Translations under genes and position numbers: made by a program
The notes under the pieces: model-generated
What the model saw: only the letters and a program-made list of their open reading frames with translations
What the model was told of the DNA's origin: nothing
The model's database searches: none
DNA from: a bacterium
Lineage (GTDB): Bacteria > Zhuqueibacterota > Zhuqueibacteria > Oceanimicrobiales > Oceanimicrobiaceae
DNA length: 14,968 nucleotides
Assembly (NCBI GenBank): GCA_046757025.1
Contig: JBHHXN010000128.1
Location: forward strand, 1-14,968
Direction of reading: 5' to 3'
Shown: one piece after another, positions 7,657 through 14,968 of the stretch
Numbering within the stretch: the stretch's first letter is position 1
Layout of the letters: each line of letters opens with the position of its first letter

Positions 7657-9315
7657 ATGAAATTCAAAATCAATTTAAAAATGCTCGTTTTCTTTTTTAC
7701 GATGGCCTTTTTTGTTCGTACGGCGCAGGCGAACTCCCCCCTCTTTTTATTGTCTTCAGAAATCAAAACCTTCAATAAACAGATTGAATCGGCCCCTGGC
7801 AAAACCCTGTATGTGGATGGCACACAGGCGGATATATTTGTGTTTCGCCATTCAAAAAACACCATCGAAGTGGAGGCCACCGTAGAAGTCAGCCAGGCGC
7901 CATCGGAGATGATTTCTGAGTTTTTTGCACAAACCCGTCTGGTTCTTGAGCCGTACCGTGATGGTTTCAAGCTGCGGTTGCGAACGCCGAGGGAGCGATA
8001 CGCTCACACTGACGAATCGGGATTGAAGCGTTTTTTCCGAGCCCTTTTCGACGACAATCGAAACCTTTCCATGTATGTGGAGCTGCGCATCGGGACGCCG
8101 GCCAAACAATCTCTGGTCATCGACAACAAATATGGCGACATTCAAATCGAGGACGTTGAGGGGGATCATGAGATTGAAAACACCTCCGGGGAAATCAAGC
8201 TGGAACGGTGTGCCGGCTCCTTAGAGATTCACAACAATTACGCAGCGGTAGAAGTCGATGAATTTGTGGGAGACGCGAACATTCAAAACCGCAGCGGAGC
8301 CGTGACCCTCAACAAAATAACCGGCGACGTACGCATCAAAAACAGCTACAAAGAAATCGAGTTTCGCAATATCGCCGGTAGACTCATCATCGATTCGCAA
8401 AGTGCGCAAATCTTCGGCACCGGCGTGGCTAAAGATTGCGACATCACTTCTTCATATAAAGAAATCAACGTGGCAGACATCGGTGGAAAGTTAGTGATAA
8501 ATGGCACAAGCAGCGAAGTGTCGGTTACAAATGTGGGCGCCGCCACCATTATCGAAACTAGTTATAAACCCATCAAGGTGGACAGCGTTGGTGGCAGCCT
8601 GAAGATAATCAGCCAATCTAGTTCGGTCACCGCCAGCCGCATTGCCGGAGATACTTCCATCCGCACTTCGTACAAAACCATTCGTGTAGAAAATGTAAAT
8701 GGCAATCTCGATATCGACGGCAATTCTTGTATTGTCGATGTTCACGATATTCAAAATGATGTTTCCATCTCCTCCTCTTATAAAAACATCACCGTGGAAA
8801 ACGTCGGCGGCGGGCTGGATATCAACGGCAATTCAAGCTCAGTTCTTGTAAAAAATGTCGCAAAACAGGCTTCCATCAGAACCTCTTACAAAACCATACG
8901 AATTGAAAATGTCGGCGGCGATCTGGAAGTGAATGGCAGCTCCAGCAGCGTGTTGGTGGACGGCGCAGGCGGCGACGTGGATATTTCGAACTCGTATAAA
9001 TACGTGATACTAAAAAGAACCTCTGGTAGCATTCAGGTGCGGGGCAACAACAGTCCCATCGAAGTGAGCGATATTCAACGACTACCGACAGGTGGCCGCA
9101 TCGAACTGCTGACCTCCTATAAGACCGTGACGTTGAGCCTACCCGCAGACGCCAAAGTCCGCGTTTCAGCCAAAACCCAATATGGCAAAATTCACTCCGA
9201 TTTTCCTGTTTTTTTAGTTTACGACGATGAAAAATACATTCAGGTTGAAACCGGAGACGCCAACTCCACGGTTCGCATTGAAACCAGCAGCGATATCATC
9301 ATCCGAAAGGAATAA
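7657..9315 (+). CDS. Exported DUF4097-type (adhesin-like) beta-strand repeat / beta-solenoid protein, 552 aa
   Basis: Likely start is ATG 7657 after GAGG (7647-7650), giving signal peptide MKFKINLKMLVFFFTMAFFVRTAQA. 18/36-aa beta repeats and C-terminal 'VTLSLPADAKVRVSAKTQYGKIHSDF...IETSSDIIIRK' typical of DUF4097. The ORF track begins at 7483. Confidence 0.85.
   Translation: MKFKINLKMLVFFFTMAFFVRTAQANSPLFLLSSEIKTFNKQIESAPGKTLYVDGTQADIFVFRHSKNTIEVEATVEVSQAPSEMISEFFAQTRLVLEPYRDGFKLRLRTPRERYAHTDESGLKRFFRALFDDNRNLSMYVELRIGTPAKQSLVIDNKYGDIQIEDVEGDHEIENTSGEIKLERCAGSLEIHNNYAAVEVDEFVGDANIQNRSGAVTLNKITGDVRIKNSYKEIEFRNIAGRLIIDSQSAQIFGTGVAKDCDITSSYKEINVADIGGKLVINGTSSEVSVTNVGAATIIETSYKPIKVDSVGGSLKIISQSSSVTASRIAGDTSIRTSYKTIRVENVNGNLDIDGNSCIVDVHDIQNDVSISSSYKNITVENVGGGLDINGNSSSVLVKNVAKQASIRTSYKTIRIENVGGDLEVNGSSSSVLVDGAGGDVDISNSYKYVILKRTSGSIQVRGNNSPIEVSDIQRLPTGGRIELLTSYKTVTLSLPADAKVRVSAKTQYGKIHSDFPVFLVYDDEKYIQVETGDANSTVRIETSSDIIIRKE
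8125..9126 (+). repeat. Intragenic 108-nt (36-aa) tandem repeat region
   Basis: Tyr codons at 8131, 8239, 8347, 8455, 8563, 8671, 8779, 8887 and 8995 (exact 108-nt period), then 9118. Confidence 0.9.
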
Positions 9316-9322
9316 AAAAAAA

Positions 9323-9469
9323 TCGCAACTATTCAACTTGTCATTCTCCGAAAACGACTCGGAGTAGGCTGGAAGATTTTTTTGAATTTAGAAGCAACTT
9401 GCTGATCAAAATAGTGCTAAAAAACCAACAAGATCCTTCCAGGATGACAAAACAGGCAAATAGTTACGA
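9323..9469. mobile_element. MITE-like palindromic element (copy A)
   Basis: Outer IR tcgcaactatt (9323-9333) / aatagttacga (9459-9469), 10/11. Inner IR ttgtcat...ctggaagat / atccttccaggatgacaa, with internal hairpin ctccga/tcggag. Confidence 0.65.
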
Positions 9470-9552
9470 AAATTCTTTATTTTTAGGAACATATTCTTAA
9501 AAAAAACGGTATTATTTGTTATATATTATTGAGAAATATGACGATAAATTAC

Positions 9553-9581
9553 TTGAACCAGAATATTTTTTTGAGTATTTT
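9553..9581 (+). promoter_or_regulatory. Possible sigma70 promoter for prc
   Basis: TTGAAC-N17-TATTTT in an AT-rich region about 100 nt upstream of the ATG. Confidence 0.35.
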
Positions 9582-9677
9582 AGTTAAGATTTGTTCGCAA
9601 TTTTATGCACAATTAAAAAGTGTAGATACCATTAATAAAAGTAAATAAAGAATTCATTTGTTCAGGAGAATAGGGTT

Positions 9678-11771
9678 ATGTTTGTAAACAAAAAATGGTT
9701 ACGCAGTGGAATAAAAATCTTACTCATTTTTGTTGCCTTATTCTCTGCAATACAGGTTAACTCATTAAACCTCTTCCCGGCGGAGAATTTAGCTCCGGAA
9801 AAGCAGCACCCCATAGTCAGTCAAATCATCTCTAAGTTATTAGCACGTTACCACTTTAGTCACCAGCGAATTGACGATCGCGTATCTTCAGAAGTTTTAG
9901 ATCTTTATCTGGAAAACCTGGACCGATCAAAAATGTACTTTCTGGCTGCGGATATCGAGCAATTCGAGGACTATCGCTACGTGCTGGACGACAATATCAA
10001 AGCGGGCAATTTAGAAACGGCTTACTTGATTTTTAACGTTTTCAAAGAACGGGTTGAACAAAGAATCGAATATGCTTTAGAGCGATTAGAACAAAAGTTC
10101 GATTTTAGTGTCGACGAATATTTTCCAACCGACCGCGAGGAAGCCGAATGGGCAAAAAGCCGCGACGAGCTAAATGACTTGTGGCGTAGAAAAATAAAAA
10201 ATGAAGCTCTCAATTTGAAACTCGCCGGTAAAGACGGGAAGGGCATTAAGGAAACCTTGCGAAAACGCTACCTGAATTATCGCAAAAGATTCGAACAATA
10301 CAAATCAGAAGACGTCTTTCGCTATTATATCAACGCCCTGTCCGAAACCTTCGATCCGCACACCAGCTACTTATCCCCGCGCGCGGCTGAACAATTTGAA
10401 ATTGACATGAGCCTGTCGTTTGAAGGCATCGGAGCACAGCTGGTCACAGAAGATGATTACACCAAAGTCGTACGCATTCTCCCTGGCGGACCGGCGGACA
10501 GAAGCAAACAATTGTGGGCGAACGACAAAATCATCGGCGTGGGGCAGGATGAAGATGGTGAAATAGAGGACGTCATCGGCATGCGCCTGGACGATGTGGT
10601 ACAAAAGATCCGAGGAAAAAAAGGCTCCAAAGTGCGCTTGGAAATCATACCCGCTGAAAATACCGGCGACGGTCCCACGAAAATCATCACCCTGGTGCGA
10701 GATAAAATTATATTAGAAGAACAGGCCGCCCGCAGTGAAACCGTGGAAATGACCCATAACAATAAAAAATACAAGCTGGGCATCATCGACATTCCTTCTT
10801 TTTATGCCGATTTGAACGCGCAGCGCCAGGGCAAGAAAAATTACCGCAGCACCACACGCGATGTCCGTAAACTCTTGGATGAGCTTAAAAAGGAAAACAT
10901 CGACGGGTTGATCATCGATCTGCGTAGGAACGGTGGCGGCTCGTTGCAGGAAGCCATCGATATGTCCGGACTCTTCATCAAAGAGGGACCGGTGGTGCAG
11001 GTGAAGAATTCGGCAGGTACCATTCGCGTGGAAAAGGACGTGGACCCTGAAATGGTTTATGATGGACCGCTGGTAGTGATGGTGGATCGTTTCAGCGCTT
11101 CGGCTTCCGAAATATTTGCCGCTGCCATGCAGGATTATGGCCGCGGTTTGATCGTGGGCAGCCGCACTTTTGGCAAGGGTACGGTGCAAAACATGCTGAG
11201 TCTGGATCGATTTGTGAGCGCCGACCATCACCGCTTCGGCCAGATGAAGGTCACCATCGCGAAATTTTACCGCATAAACGGCGGCACCACCCAACATCGC
11301 GGCGTTATTCCGGATATCACTTTTCCGTCGTTGTACGAGCACATGGAAGTAGGTGAAAGCAACCAGTATCATGCCTTACCCTGGGATGAGATCACACAGG
11401 CTATGTTTCAACCAGAAGATCATGTGTCAAAATACCTGTCCACCCTAAAAATCAATTCTCTAAAGCGAACGGCCAATGACAGGGAATTTCAATATTTGAA
11501 AGAAGACATCGAAAGTTATCGCAAAAAAAATGACCTGAAAACAATCTCGCTTCTGGAAGCGAAAAGAATAGCAGAACGAGGAGAGAAAGAGGCAAGACGC
11601 TTAGCTCGAATCAATGCAAGAAGAATCGCAAAAGGATTAAAGCCGCTGAAAAAAGGCGAAAAAATCCCTAACGATGAAGAATCTCCGGATGCTTTGTTGA
11701 CGGAATCGCAACGCATTCTGGCAGATCTCATTGCGCTTACCCGGGCAACCGAGCGTGCGGAAGTAAAATAA
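9678..11771 (+). CDS. prc: Tail-specific (carboxy-terminal processing) protease, peptidase S41A
   Basis: 697 aa. SD AGGAG at 9664-9668, signal peptide, long Prc-type N-terminal helical domain ending 'FDPHTSYLSP', PDZ 'GIGAQL', 'DLRRNGGGSL', catalytic Ser in 'SASASEIFA', catalytic Lys in 'TFGKGTVQ', Prc-type C-terminal domain 'ALPWDEI'. Confidence 0.96.
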   Translation: MFVNKKWLRSGIKILLIFVALFSAIQVNSLNLFPAENLAPEKQHPIVSQIISKLLARYHFSHQRIDDRVSSEVLDLYLENLDRSKMYFLAADIEQFEDYRYVLDDNIKAGNLETAYLIFNVFKERVEQRIEYALERLEQKFDFSVDEYFPTDREEAEWAKSRDELNDLWRRKIKNEALNLKLAGKDGKGIKETLRKRYLNYRKRFEQYKSEDVFRYYINALSETFDPHTSYLSPRAAEQFEIDMSLSFEGIGAQLVTEDDYTKVVRILPGGPADRSKQLWANDKIIGVGQDEDGEIEDVIGMRLDDVVQKIRGKKGSKVRLEIIPAENTGDGPTKIITLVRDKIILEEQAARSETVEMTHNNKKYKLGIIDIPSFYADLNAQRQGKKNYRSTTRDVRKLLDELKKENIDGLIIDLRRNGGGSLQEAIDMSGLFIKEGPVVQVKNSAGTIRVEKDVDPEMVYDGPLVVMVDRFSASASEIFAAAMQDYGRGLIVGSRTFGKGTVQNMLSLDRFVSADHHRFGQMKVTIAKFYRINGGTTQHRGVIPDITFPSLYEHMEVGESNQYHALPWDEITQAMFQPEDHVSKYLSTLKINSLKRTANDREFQYLKEDIESYRKKNDLKTISLLEAKRIAERGEKEARRLARINARRIAKGLKPLKKGEKIPNDEESPDALLTESQRILADLIALTRATERAEVK

Positions 11772-11800
11772 CATTTAGTTAAATTACGACATTTTAACAG

Positions 11801-11832
11801 AAAAAGCCTCAACCCTGATTGAGGCTTTTTTT
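11801..11832. terminator. Bidirectional rho-independent terminator between prc and the SDR gene
   Basis: aaaaagcctcaa-ccctga-ttgaggcttttttt: perfect 12-bp stem with an A-run on the 5' side and a T-run on the 3' side, between convergent genes. Confidence 0.9.
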
Positions 11833-11955
11833 ATGCCCTTCAAAAAAAGGAGCAGGTTCGTTTTTAGGTAAATAAAATCTCACAATATTTCATCTCCATC
11901 CGTCGATTTGAAATCACGCTGCAGCGCAAAATCGAACCAGCACCCAAAAAACAAG

Positions 11956-12729
11956 CTACTCCGGCGTTACATAAGCACCGGTGATGCCGCCATCCACAGT
12001 GAAGGTGGCACCGTTAATGTAGGCAGACTCATCACTGGCGAGAAACAGCGCAGCATTGGCCACGTCCCGGGCCTGCGCAAGCCGACCCATGGGAATGTGT
12101 ACCATGCGCCGCTGCCGGCGTGCCGGGTCCGAAAGCAACTTGGCCAGAAGAGGGGTTTCCACCGGCCCCGGGCAGATTGCGTTCATTCGAATGTTTTTCC
12201 GCGCAAATTCTACAGCCATTTCGCGCGTCATGGAAAGCACGCCACCCTTGCTGGCGGTGTACGCAATTTGGGAAGTAGCGGCGCCCATCAAAGCCACAAA
12301 CGAAGCGGTGTTGATGACCGCCCCCCCGCCCGCTCGCAGCAGGGCCGGAATGCCATATTTACACCCCAAAAACACGCCTTTCAAATTGACGTTCATCACC
12401 CAATCCCAGGTTTTTTCCTCGGTATCCAGCACCGAGGCGTCTTCTGCTGGAAAAATGCCGGCGTTGTTAAACAAGACATTAAGTCGGCCGTAAATCTTTT
12501 CACTAAACTCCACCATCTCTCTGGCGTTGGCGGCGTTAGAAACATCGGCTCGCTTGAAAACAGCCTCTCCCCCCGCTGACTGAATGAGGGTCACCGTTTC
12601 TTCACCCTGGGAAGGCTGTATATCCACCACCACCACTTTCGCGCCTTCCCGGGCAAACAGCAAAGCCGATTCCCGGCCAATGCCGCTGCCGGCGCCGGTG
12701 ATCAGGGCCACTTTGTTTTCTAACCTCAT
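11956..12729 (-). CDS. Classical short-chain dehydrogenase/reductase (FabG-like), probably NAD(H)-preferring, 257 aa
   Basis: TGAGSGIG, NNAG, catalytic YTASK, 'CPGPVETPL'. Asp at the end of beta-2 (VVVDI). Start ATG 12729 follows AGGAGG, which the ORF track's TTG 12750 would include. Confidence 0.95.
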   Translation of the reverse strand: MRLENKVALITGAGSGIGRESALLFAREGAKVVVVDIQPSQGEETVTLIQSAGGEAVFKRADVSNAANAREMVEFSEKIYGRLNVLFNNAGIFPAEDASVLDTEEKTWDWVMNVNLKGVFLGCKYGIPALLRAGGGAVINTASFVALMGAATSQIAYTASKGGVLSMTREMAVEFARKNIRMNAICPGPVETPLLAKLLSDPARRQRRMVHIPMGRLAQARDVANAALFLASDESAYINGATFTVDGGITGAYVTPE

Positions 12730-12782
12730 ATTAACCTCCTGGCTTAGCAAAAATAATTAAACTTCTTGATTCAATAGTCACT

Positions 12783-12897
12783 TCATTCTGTAATACAAAC
12801 GTGGTGAATTCGTGCAGAGGGATCGTTTTCTAAACAAATAGATTCAAAGGGAAAAGATTCTTCGTTCTCCCGCTGAGGAGGAGCCCTCTGAATGACG
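12783..12897. repeat. Degenerate GTCATTC...GAATGAC palindromic element (copy B)
   Basis: tcattc (12783-12788)/gaatga (12890-12895). Inner arms gagggatcgttttc (12817-12830) / gaaaagattcttc (12851-12863). Confidence 0.5.
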
Positions 12898-12967
12898 CTT
12901 TCCTTCCAGACACTCATTATCACCCAAATTGAGCAATTCCTGTCCGAGGGGAAACGGGGTACAAGCA

Positions 12968-13152
12968 TCAGAGACTGTGTGAAAAAGCGATTTCTCGGCT
13001 GAAAACCCAATGCGCCAATATTGTCATCCCGCAACCGTGGGATCTTTTTAATAAACAGCACTTTACTTCAAAGCTGAAAAGATTCCCCCTGCTTGTCCCG
13101 CAAGACGGGGAAGGACACAAGCCCCGAATCCGACTTTTCACACAGGCACTGA
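12968..13152. mobile_element. MITE-like element with 18-bp terminal inverted repeats (copy C)
   Basis: tcagagactgtgtgaaaa (12968-12985) versus ttttcacacaggcactga (13135-13152), 16/18. Inner ttgtcatcccgcaaccgtgggatctttt ... aaaagattcccc...ggggaaggac. Confidence 0.7.
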
Positions 13153-13198
13153 AACTTGAACACTTACCACCTCCGGTAAACCTGGAAGGTTTTATGGT

Positions 13199-13951
13199 TT
13201 AATACTTCGGCATCCTGATCAGCACGTAGAAGAATTTCTCGTTCAGATCGCGCCAGCGGGCGGCAACCTGCAGGTTTTTCAGTTGTACGGAAAGATGTTC
13301 GTGCAGGATCTCCTGCCCTTCGTAACCCAGCTTCTGCACGGTCTGCAGGCTGGTAAAAACCTCGCGCGCTAAATTGCGCACCGCCCATTTTTCGGCTTCG
13401 CGCCAAGAGCTGGTTTCGTAATAATACGCCGGCGCCAGACCGCGGGCATAAAAATATTTTTTACTTTCGGGTAAATTTTCAATCCATGAAGGTGGGGACA
13501 GACCTTGGAGTGCAACCCGCCGGTGCAGTTGGTCCGGCAATTCGCAATCGGCGCTGCCAAGCAAGACCGCAACAAATTGCTCCATCACCAGTGTGTCCAG
13601 CGGCGTGAGGATGTTTTCGGCCGAGGCTATTGCGGTGGAATCAAATTCTTCAGTATAATTCGAGCCCATCCAGAACATACCGATCTCAGTGCTCCAGAAG
13701 GCCTGTCCCCCGTTGACTGCCGTGGCGCGGTGTTTTGCGTATTGTACATAGCCGTTCCGAGTAGCCCGGGCGGCGGTGGAATCCGGATAGTAGGAAATGT
13801 TTTCCATTCCCACTTCCGATTCCCCACATTTCAAAGCCGCGGGCTTCAAAAACCAGAGCGGGTACTCCTGCGCAAAACACGGCGCCAGGCAAAAAAATTG
13901 AACAATAAAAATGAAGATTCGTCTGAAGATGAAAAACCGTGCTGCCATCAT
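13199..13951 (-). CDS. Exported protein with LPP20-like domain(s), about 250 aa
   Basis: Likely start ATG 13951 overlaps the upstream TGA stop (TGATG). Signal peptide ends 'APCFA-QE'. Two P-x-W segments ('YPLWF', 'PPSWIENLPESKKYFYARG...WREAEKWAVRNLARE'). The ORF track begins at 13984. Confidence 0.7.
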   Translation of the reverse strand: MMAARFFIFRRIFIFIVQFFCLAPCFAQEYPLWFLKPAALKCGESEVGMENISYYPDSTAARATRNGYVQYAKHRATAVNGGQAFWSTEIGMFWMGSNYTEEFDSTAIASAENILTPLDTLVMEQFVAVLLGSADCELPDQLHRRVALQGLSPPSWIENLPESKKYFYARGLAPAYYYETSSWREAEKWAVRNLAREVFTSLQTVQKLGYEGQEILHEHLSVQLKNLQVAARWRDLNEKFFYVLIRMPKY

Positions 13952-14529
13952 CAATTCATTTTCTGCGCCTGTTGTTTTTTCCATTCCTCGTATTTTTGCA
14001 CTTCGTCGTCCATTTCCTTGAAGGCCTCAGAAGCGCGAAAACGCGTGTACATGTTTCTGTTGGCTTTCAAAGCGTTCATGAAAGCCTGGTTGGCGGCGCC
14101 GATGGGATATTCCACTAAAACATAGACGCGATAATTGTTGCCATCTTTTACATGCTTGGTTTTCGAAGCCCGACTGCCCATGAGCTGAGTGGAAACCACC
14201 GACTTCACGGTCTGCGAAAAGAACTGATTGATTTCTGAGTCTTCATCCGAGCCCACTTCTTCCTGAAAACTTTTGGTCATGCCCTCTATCTTCAATTCAT
14301 ACTGTCTGGCAATTTCCGCCCGGGCGTTGATCATGGCTTTTTCAATGGCCAGATTTAAATCACGTGAAGTGGCGGTACGCGCTGCATACAGAAAATTCGG
14401 ATCCTGAGGTGGATTGGTAAACCACTCCGGAATAGGATCGATGCTGGTTTGAGTTAAAGGTTTCGAGCCCCCACAGCCGATGCTCATGACAACAGCTAGT
14501 AAAAGTAAAAAAGAAAAATACGAACGCAT
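13951..14529 (-). CDS. LPP20-family lipoprotein
   Basis: 192 aa. SD AGGAGG, lipobox 'SIG-C19', 'IPEWFTNPPQDPNFLYAARTATSRDLNLAIEKAMINARAEIARQ', 'YRVYVLVEYP'. Confidence 0.85.
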   Translation of the reverse strand: MRSYFSFLLLLAVVMSIGCGGSKPLTQTSIDPIPEWFTNPPQDPNFLYAARTATSRDLNLAIEKAMINARAEIARQYELKIEGMTKSFQEEVGSDEDSEINQFFSQTVKSVVSTQLMGSRASKTKHVKDGNNYRVYVLVEYPIGAANQAFMNALKANRNMYTRFRASEAFKEMDDEVQKYEEWKKQQAQKMN

Positions 14530-14575
14530 GGTTGCCTCCTAATTTAGTTTTTAAATAAAATGGTTTTTAAATTTA

Positions 14576-14729
14576 ATTAGTGTTCATCCGTAATCGTCAA
14601 TCCCGAATGCTCCCGGCTTTCAGCATGAAAGGACAAGTTCATCGGAAATCTCTTGTCTAACTGACCAATGGCTTCCCGCTTAAAATTGCGGGAATGACAA
14701 AAACAGGCGCTTTACAGTTTGAAACTAAT
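14576..14729. mobile_element. MITE-like palindromic element (copy D)
   Basis: Outer IR attagtgttcatccgtaa (14576-14593) / ttacagtttgaaactaat (14712-14729), 13/18. Inner cgtcaatcccga...tcggaaatc...ttcccgc-ttaaaatt-gcgggaatgac. Confidence 0.55.
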
Positions 14730-14777
14730 CGTTTTTAATAAAAGTTGTTAAGAATCCATTTTCCGTTCATCCTCCGA

Positions 14778-14814
14778 CGCCTTCATCCTTCGACTCAGCT
14801 CAGGATGAAAGGCG
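14778..14814. repeat. REP-like hairpin (half element of the same family)
   Basis: cgccttcatcct-tcgactcagctc-aggatgaaaggcg: 12-bp stem with one bulge, just downstream of the barrel gene. Confidence 0.65.
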
Positions 14815-14870
14815 GAAGTCACAGACGGTGTCATTTCGGTAGCCTCACCACTCAAAGAAACCCTTCCAAA

Positions 14871-14968
14871 TTAAAAGGCAATGCCGGCCGTGATGCCCAC
14901 AAATGAAAATTTTTCTCCTTCGGTAAAAATAGTTCTTCCCAGGGCTTGAAACAGTAAGTTGAATCTCG
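14871..14968 (-). CDS. 3' end of an outer-membrane beta-barrel protein (partial, runs off the window)
   Basis: Minus strand 14966-14871 reads RFNLLFQALGRTIFTEGEKFSFVGITAGIAF-stop: a terminal amphipathic beta-hairpin with C-terminal Phe. Too short for the ORF track. Confidence 0.7.
   Translation of the reverse strand, partial: RFNLLFQALGRTIFTEGEKFSFVGITAGIAF

Noticed and set aside
8125..9126. 108-nt periodicity as a CRISPR array or DGR template/variable repeat
   Set aside because: Repeats are in-frame protein repeats divergent at the DNA level, with no constant repeat/unique spacer pattern and no reverse transcriptase or cas gene in the window.
10022..11812. Antisense ORFs within prc (e.g. 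10713-11372)
   Set aside because: Shadow frames of a conserved gene.
11908..12579. 223-aa + strand ORF (and 12056-12493) antisense to the SDR gene
   Set aside because: Lies almost wholly opposite a well-supported SDR and has no recognisable motifs. Long antisense ORFs are a common by-product of codon usage in such genes.
12783..13061. 92-aa minus-strand ORF upstream of the SDR gene
   Set aside because: Runs through palindromic repeat copies B and C and is better explained as repeat-derived sequence.
13505..14125. 206-aa + strand ORF opposite the LPP20-like genes
   Set aside because: Antisense to two genes with signal peptides and translational coupling, and it has no protein-like features.

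Overview
Bacterial chromosomal window dominated by cell-envelope genes. The gene mix and style suggest a diderm such as KSB1/Calditrichota (an impression only). In order: an AcrB-family RND transporter with no adjacent MFP/TolC gene; a 648-bp convergent intergenic region rich in degenerate repeats; a barrel-only (POTRA-less) Omp85 protein; a 119-aa protein with an apparently inactivated GIY-YIG-like fold; a divergent ECF sigma / zinc-binding (ZAS) anti-sigma / long DUF4097-type beta-solenoid cluster with a candidate autoregulatory promoter; tail-specific protease Prc; a convergent SDR oxidoreductase; two coupled LPP20-like exported proteins; and the 3' end of an outer-membrane beta-barrel gene cut by the window edge (absent from the ORF track). 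Several intergenic regions carry one family of palindromic GTCATYC...GRATGAC elements, and three copies are each enclosed by a different terminal inverted repeat (MITE-like). No transposase, rRNA, tRNA or CRISPR array was seen.
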